A stretch of 64,000 nt of DNA from an uncultured delta proteobacterium (GCA_963766185.1 CAVXZU010000012.1:18212-82211); one strand, 5' to 3'. Shown: positions 28,661 to 39,088, counted from the stretch's first letter. Made by a program: numbers and translations. The notes: a model not told the origin generated them from the sequence alone.

Positions 28661-29455
28661 TTAAGGATGCACGAAGCATTGCAACTTGATTTCGATGCCG
28701 GCCACGTTGCTGGCGATGCGCCTTACCTTGGCGATAACTTCCTTTTCCTCGGTGATATTGCCCTTGATATCCACGAAAATCTCGCCTTCCCGGGAGTTCA
28801 CCTTGGCGGTGGGAAACTCCTCCACCAGGGCTGCCTGGATACGGGCGGCCAGGGACTGGTCATCGAGAATTTTCTGCGACGGCGGCGTGGTTTGGAAGTG
28901 GGGCAACTGCACCGCACAACGGATCATGTTCACGGCATCATCCACCGTGATGGACTTGATGTGGATGACCAGGTCATAGAGCATGGGGTCCCAGGTATCC
29001 ACCCCAAAAATCTGGAGACCCCAGCGGCGGCGCTCGCCATCGTCTTTCTTCAAGATATGCCGGGCCTCGGCCGCCGAGATGTTTTCCCGTTTCATCTCCT
29101 CGGCAATCCGGTCCTCCAGGTCGGCAACAATCCGCACCTTGAGCACATGGGGGACATCCTGGAGGAAATAATGGCCGGCCAGACCGTGATAGACCACGTT
29201 ATCTTGCTGGACATGCTTCATCAAGGCCGCCTTGATATACGCCACGTACCGTTCTTTGCCATAGGTGAAACGCTCCAGGATGGAGGGCGCATCGTGAATA
29301 GCCCGCACCAGCTTGATCTCCGGGATGTTGAATTGTTCCGAGGCCTCCAGGAGCAGATCCCGGGAGATGCATTCGTAGCCCAGCGCCGCAGCCACCTTTT
29401 CGGCCACTTCTTTTCCCCGGCTGTAGGAACCCCGGGATATGGTGATAATTGACAT
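28661..29455 (-). CDS. Cytidylate-kinase-like family protein
   Basis: The N-terminus MSIITISRGSYSRGKEVAEKVA is P-loop-like (GSxxxGKE). Length and layout are typical of the Cytidylate_kin2 family. Confidence 0.6.
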   Translation of the reverse strand: MSIITISRGSYSRGKEVAEKVAAALGYECISRDLLLEASEQFNIPEIKLVRAIHDAPSILERFTYGKERYVAYIKAALMKHVQQDNVVYHGLAGHYFLQDVPHVLKVRIVADLEDRIAEEMKRENISAAEARHILKKDDGERRRWGLQIFGVDTWDPMLYDLVIHIKSITVDDAVNMIRCAVQLPHFQTTPPSQKILDDQSLAARIQAALVEEFPTAKVNSREGEIFVDIKGNITEEKEVIAKVRRIASNVAGIEIKLQCFVHP

Positions 29456-29519
29456 GGATTAGTCCTTTTTATATTGGGTTGGGCAAGAGCCGGCCGCCAG
29501 AGGCTTTTTCCCCGGGAGA

Positions 29520-29816
29520 CTACTTGTCACCCTTGGAGAACTGCTTGGCTACCACCTTGCCGTTGACGAACTGAATAGTGATGGTTATGCCTCCGGCTTT
29601 CCACTTGGACACCGTGCCGGAAAACACGGCCAGGTCCACACTGTTGGATTCCGTGGGCTCCCCCAGGATGGCCGTCACTTGCGCCAGGGACATCCCGGTT
29701 TGGATTTTTTCAAAGTTTTCCTGGGAAATCTTGAAACTGCTGCACGACACCAGGCTTATACAGATTACGAGCCCTAAAGCTACTGCCAGCAGATGGGACA
29801 ACCGACGCCTTGCCAT
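29520..29816 (-). CDS. Small lipoprotein (DUF3862/BLIP-like fold suspected)
   Basis: LVSC lipobox; 98 aa; contains ...GMSLAQVTAILGEP.... Confidence 0.55.
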   Translation of the reverse strand: MARRRLSHLLAVALGLVICISLVSCSSFKISQENFEKIQTGMSLAQVTAILGEPTESNSVDLAVFSGTVSKWKAGGITITIQFVNGKVVAKQFSKGDK

Positions 29817-29852
29817 GGGAAACCTCCGATTTTTCTCTCAAATAGCTCAACC

Positions 29853-30608
29853 TTACACGGTGAGACTCAGGCCGTCTTCGGCCCGCAGAATTTCTCCGGC
29901 AAACTCCTGGGCCGCCAGGGTCACCACGTCCACTTCGTCGCAGGGCGGGTAGAAGTGGGTCAGGAGCAGCCGCGCCACCCCGGCTTGGGCCGCCAGACGC
30001 CCGGCGGTTCCGGGGGTGAGATGCCCCGGAACCTTGAAGGGATTGGCGGCCTCCAGCACCAGGAGGTCGGCCCCCCGGGCCAGCTCCACCAGGGAGTCGC
30101 TTAAATCCGTATCCCCGGAATAGACCAGGGACCGGCCCTCGGCCTCCACCCGGTAGGCCAGGCTCCCTTCGGTGTGATTGGTGGGGGCGCTTTTGATCAC
30201 CAGGCCTTCCTCCCGCACCTCATCCGGGCCGTCCGGGGCCAGCTCCTTAAGGTCCATAAGCCCCGGGGGCGGCTCCACCCACCCCGCAAAGGCTTCCCCG
30301 AGCCGCTGGTGAAACCGGGCAAACCCCCGGGCGGCCAGGAGCTTGAAGGGCTCCCGCCGGGTGTAGCCCAGGGCGTAGCGGGTGGCGAACAAAAAGGGGA
30401 CCAGGTCCCCCACGTGGTCGGGATGGAGGTGGGTCAGGGCCAGGACGTCGATGGCCGAAAAGTTGAGGCCGTAGCGCAGCAGGGCCCTCAGGGTGCCGGA
30501 CCCCAGGTCCAGGACCAGGAGCCGCCCCGCGGCCTTGAGGGCCAGGGCCGGCGAGCCCCGGCGCAAGGAGGGCACCCCCGTGCCGGACCCGATGACAGTC
30601 AGTTCCAA
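29853..30608 (-). CDS. MBL-fold metallo-hydrolase (RNase Z/BN-like)
   Basis: LTHLHPDHVGDL is the HxHxDH motif; 251 aa. Confidence 0.8.
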   Translation of the reverse strand: MELTVIGSGTGVPSLRRGSPALALKAAGRLLVLDLGSGTLRALLRYGLNFSAIDVLALTHLHPDHVGDLVPFLFATRYALGYTRREPFKLLAARGFARFHQRLGEAFAGWVEPPPGLMDLKELAPDGPDEVREEGLVIKSAPTNHTEGSLAYRVEAEGRSLVYSGDTDLSDSLVELARGADLLVLEAANPFKVPGHLTPGTAGRLAAQAGVARLLLTHFYPPCDEVDVVTLAAQEFAGEILRAEDGLSLTV

Positions 30609-30641
30609 GGCCTCTTGGTTCTCCTCAGTTATCCTCTAGCC

Positions 30642-30800
30642 TTTGCCATAAATTCTTTCCCCTTGGAGGTTCTCAAATCCCCCTAAATCCCCCTGGTTCA
30701 AAGGGGGACTTTATGAGCAATCCCTTATAGTTCCCCCCTTTATTCAAGGAGGGTTAAGGGGGATTTGTGGATTTCAAGGATCGGAAAAAACTTTTGGCAA
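30642..30800 (+). repeat. 159-nt TIR-bounded MITE-like element, family B (TIR tttgccataaattctttcc / ggaaaaaacttttggcaa)
   Basis: About 85% identical by eye to 45011-45169. The core is a double hairpin aaatccccc...gggggac / ttcccccc...gggggattt. Confidence 0.85.
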
Positions 30801-30928
30801 TCGCTCTATGTGGCCAATTCTCTTGAATTTCCCCGTTTGGAGGCGCCAGGGTTTAATAAAGGATAAGCCCCTGGATTTCGGCTCTCGCCCTTTTCGCCTT
30901 TTTCCCTCTTCCCCTTTTCCCCTCTTTT

Positions 30929-31453
30929 TCACGCCCCATCCACGTTGCTCATCTGGGTAATGTAGAACCAGTCTTCCGGCAGGGTCAGGTAGTTGTGCAT
31001 GTCCATCAGGGTCAGGTAGTGGCCCCGCTCTTCGTGGGCCACGCTCATGAAAAAGCGCCGGGCCAGGGGGTTGTTGGTTTCCTTGGCCAGCTTGGTGTAG
31101 TAGTCGATGGAGCACTCCTCCATCTTGATGCCGGTCTTCAACGCCTGGAGATCGTCGTCACCCCCGGCCCCCTGCTCGTCTTTGGTCATGGCCATGACGC
31201 AGACATACGGTTCGTGCTGGGGCGGCTTGAAGGCCGCGATGGGCTCGGTCCAGCTGGGGTCCTTTTCCAGGCTGTGGTAGACCTGGTTAAATTTTTCAAT
31301 GTGGTATTTTTCCGACTCCGCCAGGTACTCCATGATCTCCCGGACCCCCGGGCTCTTGACTTTCTTAGCCGCCTCCAGGTAGAACTGGCGGCCCTCGACC
31401 TCCATCTGCACCGCGTCCTTCAAGGCCTTGAGCATATATTCCTGCACTTTCAT
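30929..31453 (-). CDS. Ferritin-like/rubrerythrin-family protein
   Basis: Two ExxH-type helices (EVEGRQFY...ESEKYHIEKF; MEECSIDYY...HEERGHY); 174 aa. Confidence 0.65.
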   Translation of the reverse strand: MKVQEYMLKALKDAVQMEVEGRQFYLEAAKKVKSPGVREIMEYLAESEKYHIEKFNQVYHSLEKDPSWTEPIAAFKPPQHEPYVCVMAMTKDEQGAGGDDDLQALKTGIKMEECSIDYYTKLAKETNNPLARRFFMSVAHEERGHYLTLMDMHNYLTLPEDWFYITQMSNVDGA

Positions 31454-31721
31454 GTTGAGTATCTCCCTTTTAGCCGTCTCTCGCGTGGAGACGTGTCGGT
31501 CACTGCCCCAGTCACCATAACCGGTGACTTTACTCCCTTCAACATAAGGTTCTCAGTTCCCCTTGTCAATTGCCTCCAGGGCCGGACCCCGGCGCCGTAG
31601 CCCCAGCCTCGGGGTCTGCCGGGCCCTCCGCCAGACGCCAACCTTAAGGGTCTCGGCTGGCGGCCCGATCGGGCCGGGCCTTTGCTCACCGGTCAATCAT
31701 GAAAAGTTCATGCCCCTCAGC

Positions 31722-31752
31722 CCTTGAACTTTGAACCTTGAACCTTGAACTT
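31722..31752 (+). repeat. Tandem heptamer tract (TTGAACY, 4 units)
   Basis: ccttgaactttgaaccttgaaccttgaactt. A related tract lies at 25614-25639. Confidence 0.85.
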
Positions 31753-31840
31753 AGCATATGTCGTACCGCGCGTTCAACGACCCCGGCCTTTCTTCCGGCC
31801 TTGCGGTTGCCAGGACTCCGGGGCCGTGGTAAAAATAACC

Positions 31841-32446
31841 ATGGTCGCCTCAATCCTGGCCCGCCTCAGGGACTATTTGCCCCCGGAGCCCGCCCGACTG
31901 GACCCGGACCCGGACCTGGTGCCCGCCGGGGTGCTGGTGCCCCTGTTTGTGGCCGCAGAGCAACTCCAGGTGCTGTTCATCCAACGCACTCTCCTGGTGA
32001 AAGATCACCGGGGCCAGATCGCCTTTCCGGGCGGGGTCCGGGACCCGGAGGACGCCCACCTCCTGGCCACGGCCCTTAGGGAGGCCCAGGAGGAGATCGG
32101 CCTGGCCTCCGAGGCGGTGGAGGTGCTGGGAGCGCTGCCTCCCGTAGCCACCATCACCGGCTACCACATCACCCCCTTCGTGGGGCTCGTTCCCCACCCC
32201 TACGACTTCCACCCCAGCCCCCGGGAGGTCAAGCGCCTGCTGGACCTGCCCCTGGAAGAGTTTTACGCCCCGGAGCGCTGGCGCTCCGGCCCCTATGTCT
32301 TCCAGGGCCGCACCACCCGGGTGTGCTACTGGCAAGACGGCCAGGAGGTGGTTTGGGGCGCCACCGCCCGCATCCTCCTCAACCTGCTGGCCCATCTGGA
32401 GGTCCACCCCTTCCCCGGGGACCACCATGCCACCTGCCTGGACTGA
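31841..32446 (+). CDS. NUDIX hydrolase (CoA pyrophosphatase-like)
   Basis: The Nudix box reads GGVRDPEDAHLLATALREAQEEIGL. Confidence 0.8.
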   Translation: MVASILARLRDYLPPEPARLDPDPDLVPAGVLVPLFVAAEQLQVLFIQRTLLVKDHRGQIAFPGGVRDPEDAHLLATALREAQEEIGLASEAVEVLGALPPVATITGYHITPFVGLVPHPYDFHPSPREVKRLLDLPLEEFYAPERWRSGPYVFQGRTTRVCYWQDGQEVVWGATARILLNLLAHLEVHPFPGDHHATCLD

Positions 32447-33047
32447 CCCGGTCCCCTGCCCCGCCGGCCCCGGAAACCGGAGCCTGCATAGGTCCATGGT
32501 TATTTATTCAAATATTTCCAAGTATTGGCGCCGCTGGCGGCCGAGGTTCGGTCCAAGCCGGGCTGGGGAATTATCTCCCGGGTGAGGCAAAAATCCCCCC
32601 GGCTCCGTCACCAATAAGGGCCTCTGTACCGTATACGACTTCCCCTCCGGGGAGCTGCCGCTGCGGGTCATTATCGCCGCCGGGGCAGTGGGCTCCGGCC
32701 CGGGTCAATTTCCTGGCTCACCAGCTGCATCGGGAACAAATCTTGCAATTTCTCTTGGGATGAAGGGCGGAGCCGGGCCTCCCGGGACGTCTGTGCGCCC
32801 CGGCGCCTTTGGGTCAGCCCCATCGCCGCCCCCGGGGACACTGCCCGGCCCGGGCCGCCGTGAGCCCGCAACCGGCCCTCCCACCGCCTCAATCCGGGGC
32901 ACGGTTAACCACGGCCGATTTTCCCCCATGATCATGGCCTGCCAAGCCGCTGATCCGGGTAGAACCGACGCATCCACCGCCGGAGGCCCCGGGTCCGCCT
33001 GTTTTCCCAGGACTCCGGCGGTGGAAAAAACCATAGGACGAAGTTCG

Positions 33048-33512
33048 ATGCCGAAACGCTGCCTGCTCCTGGCCCTCGGAAATGACATCCTGAAGGATGA
33101 CGGGATCGGGACAGTTTCAGCCGGCCTTCTGCGGGCAGAGTTTAAGGAGGCGGTTGACATCGTCGAAGCCCCCGGAACCGGGCTCGCCCTCCTGGAACTC
33201 CTGGCCGGCTATGACCGGGCCCTGCTCCTGGATGCCATCTTTACCGGCAGCGCCCCTCCGGGCACAACCCTGGAGTTCTGCCGGGAAGATTTTCAGAAGG
33301 CCACCGCGCCCGGGGCCCTTTACGTGGGCCTCCCGGAAGTCCTGCGGCAGGCGGAGAGCCTGGGATTGGAGTTTCCCCGGGAATTGCGCATCCTGGCCCT
33401 GGAAGTGGAAAACCCCTTTGAGTCGCAGGGCCCGATGAGCCCCGCCGCCCGGAAGGCCCTGCTCCGATACGTGGATCGGGCCCGGCAGGTACTCAAGAAC
33501 TGGACAACCTGA
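33048..33512 (+). CDS. Hydrogenase maturation endopeptidase (HyaD/HybD/FrhD family)
   Basis: LLLALGNDILKDDGIG...LLLDAI. About 154 aa from the internal ATG. No hydrogenase structural genes are in the window. Confidence 0.7.
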   Translation: MPKRCLLLALGNDILKDDGIGTVSAGLLRAEFKEAVDIVEAPGTGLALLELLAGYDRALLLDAIFTGSAPPGTTLEFCREDFQKATAPGALYVGLPEVLRQAESLGLEFPRELRILALEVENPFESQGPMSPAARKALLRYVDRARQVLKNWTT

Positions 33513-33882
33513 CGTTAAGCCTGGTCTGGAGAAGCGGGTTTTCTCCATCCAGGCCGTGGTAGAGATGGTCAAAAGCCTGGCCCAAATTCAAGCTTACCCA
33601 CAATACATCCGAAGAATATCTTAAAATATCTCCCCACTTATGACCTTACGGAAACAGGTCAACCGGCATCGGCCCCGGTATCTGCTCTCCTGGAGGGTAA
33701 AGGCCCGGGGGTGCATAAGTCGCCAGCCTAGATTCCTGGCGACCGCCCCTGGCAACCCCGCCGGCAATGAGATGATAATTTTATTTTCTAGGTTTTTGTG
33801 ATAATTTACCGATAATTCTACTTATTGATGAGGTTGATGCCGATCTCCCCGTCGGTAAACGTGGGTATAGAGGAATCCAGCT

Positions 33883-34788
33883 ATGCTTTTCACATCCGGC
33901 CTTACAGTGAGAGATTGTCAGCAATGGCAATGGCATTTGGCGGGACGTCGGCTGACTTATGTAATTGCGGTGTTGCTGGCCGCGGCCCTCCAGTTAGCCG
34001 TAACCGCCAGCGGGGTCCCGGCGGCGGATTATCAGGGGACCCTGAAGATCGGCGGAACCGGGGCGGCCGTCGCCACCATCACCCAGGTGGCGGCCGCCTT
34101 TCAGAAAAAACACCCCGACGTCCGCTTTGTGTTTCCTCCCAGCCTCGGCAGCTCCGGCGGCATCAAAGCGGTTATCGCCGGGGCCTTGGATGTGGGGTTG
34201 AACAGCCGCCCCCTTACCGCAGCCGAACGCGGTCATGGCCTGGTGGTGGCGGAATATGCCCGGACGCCCCTCCTCCTGGTGACCTCTCATAGAGGCGCCG
34301 AGGTTAACTTCACCCTCAAGCAGATTGCCTCGCTGTATAGCGGAGAAATCCACCGTTATCCTGACGGCACCCCCCTCCGGGTTATCATGAGGCCTGACGT
34401 TGAAATCGACATCCACCTGGTCAGGGGGTTGTCTCCCGAAATCGATGCCGCGATCCAACAGGCCCAATCACGGGAAGGCATGGCCGTGGCGGTGACTGAC
34501 CACGATAACGCCGAGATGCTGGTGAAAACCAGGGGAGGGTTAGGGTGGATGACCATGGCCCAGCTTATTTCGGAGGACCTGGAACTTACACCCCTGGCAA
34601 TCAATCATATCGTGCTGGACCAGGCCAACTTTTCCTCCGGCAAGTATCCCCTCTTTAGAACTTTTTCCGTGGTTACCGGACCTCACCCCACCCCCTTGGT
34701 CAAAGCCTTCCTGGCATTTCTCACCTCAGCCGAGGGGCGGGCCATTCTCTTAGGAAACGGTCAGTTTGTTGATGCGAAGCAGCCATGA
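33883..34788 (+). CDS. Periplasmic substrate-binding protein, PstS/PBP-like_2 family
   Basis: A signal-like N-terminus, then LKIGGTGAAV...PPSLGSSGGIKAV...LNSRPL. Its stop overlaps the start of the following kinase gene. Confidence 0.6.
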   Translation: MLFTSGLTVRDCQQWQWHLAGRRLTYVIAVLLAAALQLAVTASGVPAADYQGTLKIGGTGAAVATITQVAAAFQKKHPDVRFVFPPSLGSSGGIKAVIAGALDVGLNSRPLTAAERGHGLVVAEYARTPLLLVTSHRGAEVNFTLKQIASLYSGEIHRYPDGTPLRVIMRPDVEIDIHLVRGLSPEIDAAIQQAQSREGMAVAVTDHDNAEMLVKTRGGLGWMTMAQLISEDLELTPLAINHIVLDQANFSSGKYPLFRTFSVVTGPHPTPLVKAFLAFLTSAEGRAILLGNGQFVDAKQP

Positions 34789-36880
34789 GAAGCCGGTCCC
34801 CTAAAACCGCCCACCGCATTGCGTTGGCCCTGGCGATTGTCATACCCCTATTGTTATCATCTTCTTACTTTTTTATCGGCTACTTAAATTTAGACACCAC
34901 CTTGCGGACTGAGGCCGAGGCCAATGCGCTGTTCGCTTCACAGATAATCCACGCCAACCCCGATTTTTGGCGTTTTGAACAGATCAGGCTCCAGGATTTT
35001 CTGTCGCGTCGCCTCATCAAAACCCACAACGAGATTCGCCGCATTGTCGACCTGAATAACGCTCTGGTTGCAGAGCACAAGGATCAAGTCGATTCTCCTT
35101 CTATCATGCGCTCTCATAACCTCTATGACTCCGGCCAGGCCGTGGCGAAATTGGAAATTATCCGGTCTCTCCGCCCCTTGTTATTGACCACCTTCTTAGT
35201 CTTAATCTGCGGATACTTCCTGACCTTCTCCCTCTATTGGTCGGTTAAAATATTTATTCTCGATAGTCGCCAGGAGGCCGAGGAGTCGCTGCTGGAGAGC
35301 GAAGAGAAGTACCGATCATTGGTCGGCAAATTGCCGGCCCTGGTTTTCAAGGGCTATGCCGATTGGGCCATTGATTTCTTTGACGACAAGATCGAGGCTC
35401 TCACCGACTACAGCAAGGCCGAGTTCGATTCCCGGAGACTGAAATGGTCCGAAGTTATCCGGTCGGAGGATTTGTCCATCGTGAAAGACGCCTTCATCCG
35501 GGCTCTCAGAACGAATCAGTCCTACGCCAGGGAATACCGCATCATGAAAAAGACGGCGGCATCCTCTGGATCCAGGAAAAAGGACAAATAATCTGTGATA
35601 AAAACCGCAATATCGATTACATCAGCGGCGTGTTTTTCGATATCACCGAGCGGAAAATTTTCGAAGAAGACCGCCTGATGTTCAGCAAGATGGAATCATT
35701 AGGGGTTTTGGCCGGAGGCATCGCCCACGACTTTAACAATATCCTCACCGTGATCCTCGGCAATATTAACCTGGCCATGCTGGACCTGCCGACGGAATCT
35801 GTTGGCCGGGAAATATTGACCGAGGCGGAAAAGGCTTGTTTTCAGGCCCAGAATCTGTCCGGGCAGTTGCTCACCTTTGCCAAGGGTGGGGCGCCGCTTA
35901 AGGGACTCGTCGCCATTGAACAACTCATCAGGGAATGCTCCACTTTTGCCTGTAGAGGCTCCGCGGTGCGCAGTGAATTTTTTCTGCAGGAAAACCTCTG
36001 GGCCGTGGAGGTCGATATCGGCCAAATCAATCAAGTCTTCCAGAATCTCATCCTCAATGCCATCCAGGCCATGCCCCTGGGAGGGACAATCAAGATTTAC
36101 GCAGAAAATCTGGTGATAGCGGCCGGATAGTGATATGCCCCTGGCACCCGGCCAGATATGTCAAAATCTCTCTTCATGACCAGGGGAGCGGCATTCCGCC
36201 GGCTTACCTCGCCAAAATGTTTGACCCCTACTTCACCACCAAAGCAAAGGGGAGCGGCTTAGGCCTGGCCACGACCTATTCTATTATTAAGAATCATCAT
36301 GGCCACATAACGGCGAAATCAAAATTAGGGGTAGGGACAACTTTTACGCTCTATCTCCCCGCCTCAGACCGAACGGTCATCGATAATCCTGAAGTAAAAA
36401 CAGAGTTATTTAGGGGAAAAGGTAAAATTTTAATCATGGATGATGAAGATCTGGTAAGAGAAGTCATAGGCAAAGATGATAGTCATATCTCGGATATGAG
36501 ACAGACCTTGCCAAAGACGGTTCAGAAGCTATAAATATATTTACAGAAGCGTATAGATCTGGAAAACAATTTGATGCAGTGATATTAGACCTAACCGTTC
36601 CAGGCGGCATGGGCGGCAAAGAAGCCATTGCCCAACTGCTTACATCGATCCTCAGGTAAAAGCCATAGCTTCCAGCGGCTATTCCGATGATCCCGTCATG
36701 GCTGAATTCCGTAAATACGGGTTCAGCGCGATTATCCCCAAGCCCTATAGAGTTATGGAAGCCAGTAAAGTGTTGCATGAGGTCATAATAAAGTTGAATT
36801 GTCCCCCGGGCCGCCGCCCGCTGATCCCCCTGGCGTCTTTCCCGATACCTCTCCTTGCATCGCCGGCCCAATTAAGCTAA
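34785..36880 (+). pseudogene. Hybrid sensor histidine kinase (TM-PAS-HisKA-HATPase-REC) broken by at least 5 frameshifts or stops
   Basis: PAS (YAREYRIMKK|DGGILWIQEKG...FFDITERK), H-box (LAGGIAHDFNNILT), G-boxes (DQGSGIP, GSGLGLAT) and receiver (ILIMDDEDL...DAVILDLTVPGGMGG...KPY) lie in different frames. Breaks are near 35550, 36127, 36152, 36478 and 36645. Confidence 0.7.
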
Positions 36881-36922
36881 TTTACCGGGAGCGGGACGGA
36901 AGGTCCTGCACCGGCAAAACCC

Positions 36923-37898
36923 ATGTGGCTCTATATCCTGAAACGTCTGGGTCTGATGGTCCCCATGCTCCTGGGGATCACTCTGATTTCTTTCATGGTC
37001 ATTCACCTGGCCCCGGGCACCCCCACCGACATGCAGACCACCATGAATCCCAAGGCCTCCCTGGAAGCCCAGAAGCGCCTCCGGGAGCTCTACGGGCTGG
37101 ACCAGCCCCTTCGGGTGCAATACACCGACTGGCTCTCCCGGCTGGTCCACCTGGACTTCGGCCGCTCCTTCTCCCCGGACCGGCGGCCGGTGTGGGACAA
37201 AATCAAGGAGCGCATCGGCATCACCCTGGGCCTCAACCTCATGAGCCTGATCATCATCTTGGTGCGTGTCCATTCCCATCGGGGTGATCGCCGCTTACCG
37301 GGCCCATTCGTGGTTTGACCAGGCCACCACCCTTTTCGTCTTTTTCGGGTTCGCCATGCCCACCTTCTGGCTGGCCCTGCTCCTCATTATGTTTTTCGGG
37401 GTCTATCTGGATTGGCTGCCCATCTCGGGCCTCACCTCCCTCAACTTCAGTCAATTTTCCTTCTGGCGGAAGGTGCAGGACCTGGGCGCCCACGTGACCC
37501 TGCCGGTGCTGGTGGCCGCCTTCGGCGGCCTGGCCGGCATGTCCCGGTACATGCGGGCCAACATGCTGGAAGTCATCCGCCAGGATTATATCACCACGGC
37601 CCGGGCCAAGGGGCTGCCGGAGCGGGTGGTGATCTTCAAACACGCCCTCAGAAATGCCCTGCTGCCGGTGATCACCATCCTGGGGCTGAGCGTGCCGGGC
37701 CTCATCGGCGGCAGCGTCATCTTCGAGTCCATCTTCGCCATCCCCGGCATGGGCCAGTTATTCTACGGCGCGGTGATGGCCCGGGACTATCCCCTGGTGA
37801 TGGGGGAACTGGTCATCGGCGCGGTGCTGACCCTGGTGGGCAACATGCTGGCGGACGTGGGCTATGCCCTGGTGGACCCCCGCATCCGGACGGGGTGA
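36923..37898 (+). CDS. ABC transporter permease, OppB/DppB family, with one frameshift near 37262-37268
   Basis: [24 protein letters not shown], and after the shift ITTARAKGL (EAA motif region) ...VDPRIR. Confidence 0.75.
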
Positions 37899-38099
37899 GG
37901 ATGAAGGTTTTCGGTTTTTAGTTTTCAGTTTCCGGTGGCCGGGTCACCGTATTTTTCTTATAAAGACCAGATTGATCAGGGAAATCCGCCTGAAAAAGGC
38001 ATCAATCGTCAACGAAAAGTCTTGATGAACCGTGCGGCATCAAGGTATTTTTTTTATGTCTCTTATACTGAAAACTGCAAACCGAACCCCCCCCTCTCG

Positions 38100-38151
38100 T
38101 TCCCAAGCTCCAGCTTGGGAACGCAAATTTCCGGCGAAGCTCTGCTTCGCC
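38100..38151. repeat. Palindromic modules ttcccaagct-ccagcttgggaa and gcgaagc-tct-gcttcgc between oppB and oppC
   Basis: Read directly. Related to 16707-16731. Confidence 0.75.
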
Positions 38152-38251
38152 CAGTGGGTCGTAAATGGGTATCGGTCGAGACAAAGCCCCATGAGGAAGT
38201 GCTCCGGTTTATTGCACTTTCCCAAAACTTCAAAACCCAAAACCGGCTTCT

Positions 38252-39088
38252 ATGAGACAACGTGAATTCTGGACGCGCCTGAAGCGCAACCGCATGGCCA
38301 TGGCCGGCCTGGCCCTGGTCCTGGGGCTGTTTGTGGTCTCCATCTTCGCCCCCTGGATCGCGCCCTACGACCCCAATCTCATCGACCTCAAACAGGTGCT
38401 CATGCCCCCCAGCCCGGCCCACTACCTCGGCACCGACACCCTGGGCCGGGACGTCCTCTCCCGCATCATCTTCGGTTCCCGGGTCTCCCTCAAGGTGGGG
38501 TTTGTGGCGGTGGGCCTGGCCACCATCATCGGTCTGTTCATCGGGGCCCTGGCGGGATATTACGGCGGCTGGGTGGATTCAGCCCTCATGCGCCTGGTGG
38601 ACCTGATGCTCTGTTTTCCCGCCTTCTTCCTGATCCTGGCCGTAATTGCCCTGCTGGAGCCCAGCATCTGGAACATTATGGCGGTCATCGGCCTCACCGG
38701 GTGGATGGGAGTGGCCCGCCTGGTCCGGGCCGAGTTTCTCTCCCTGCGGGAACGGGAATTCGTCACCGCGGCCCGGGCCCTGGGGGCCGGCGACATCCGC
38801 CTGATCCTCCGCCACATGCTGCCCAACGCCCTGGCCCCGGTGATGGTCTCCGCCACCTTGGGGGTGGCCGGCGCCATCCTCACCGAGAGCGCCCTGAGTT
38901 TCCTGGGTCTCGGGGTCCAGCCCCCCACCCCCAGCTGGGGCAACATCCTCACCGCCGGCAAAGACAACATCGAGATCGCCTGGTGGCTCTCCGTGTTTCC
39001 CGGCCTGGCCATTCTCATCACGGTGATGAGCTACAATCTCCTGGGGGAAGGCATCCAGGAGGCCATCGACCCCCGCTTGAAGGAATAA
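38252..39088 (+). CDS. ABC transporter permease, OppC/DppC family
   Basis: FWTRLKRNRMAMAGL...YLGTDTLGRDVLSRI...ARALGA.... Confidence 0.85.
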   Translation: MRQREFWTRLKRNRMAMAGLALVLGLFVVSIFAPWIAPYDPNLIDLKQVLMPPSPAHYLGTDTLGRDVLSRIIFGSRVSLKVGFVAVGLATIIGLFIGALAGYYGGWVDSALMRLVDLMLCFPAFFLILAVIALLEPSIWNIMAVIGLTGWMGVARLVRAEFLSLREREFVTAARALGAGDIRLILRHMLPNALAPVMVSATLGVAGAILTESALSFLGLGVQPPTPSWGNILTAGKDNIEIAWWLSVFPGLAILITVMSYNLLGEGIQEAIDPRLKE

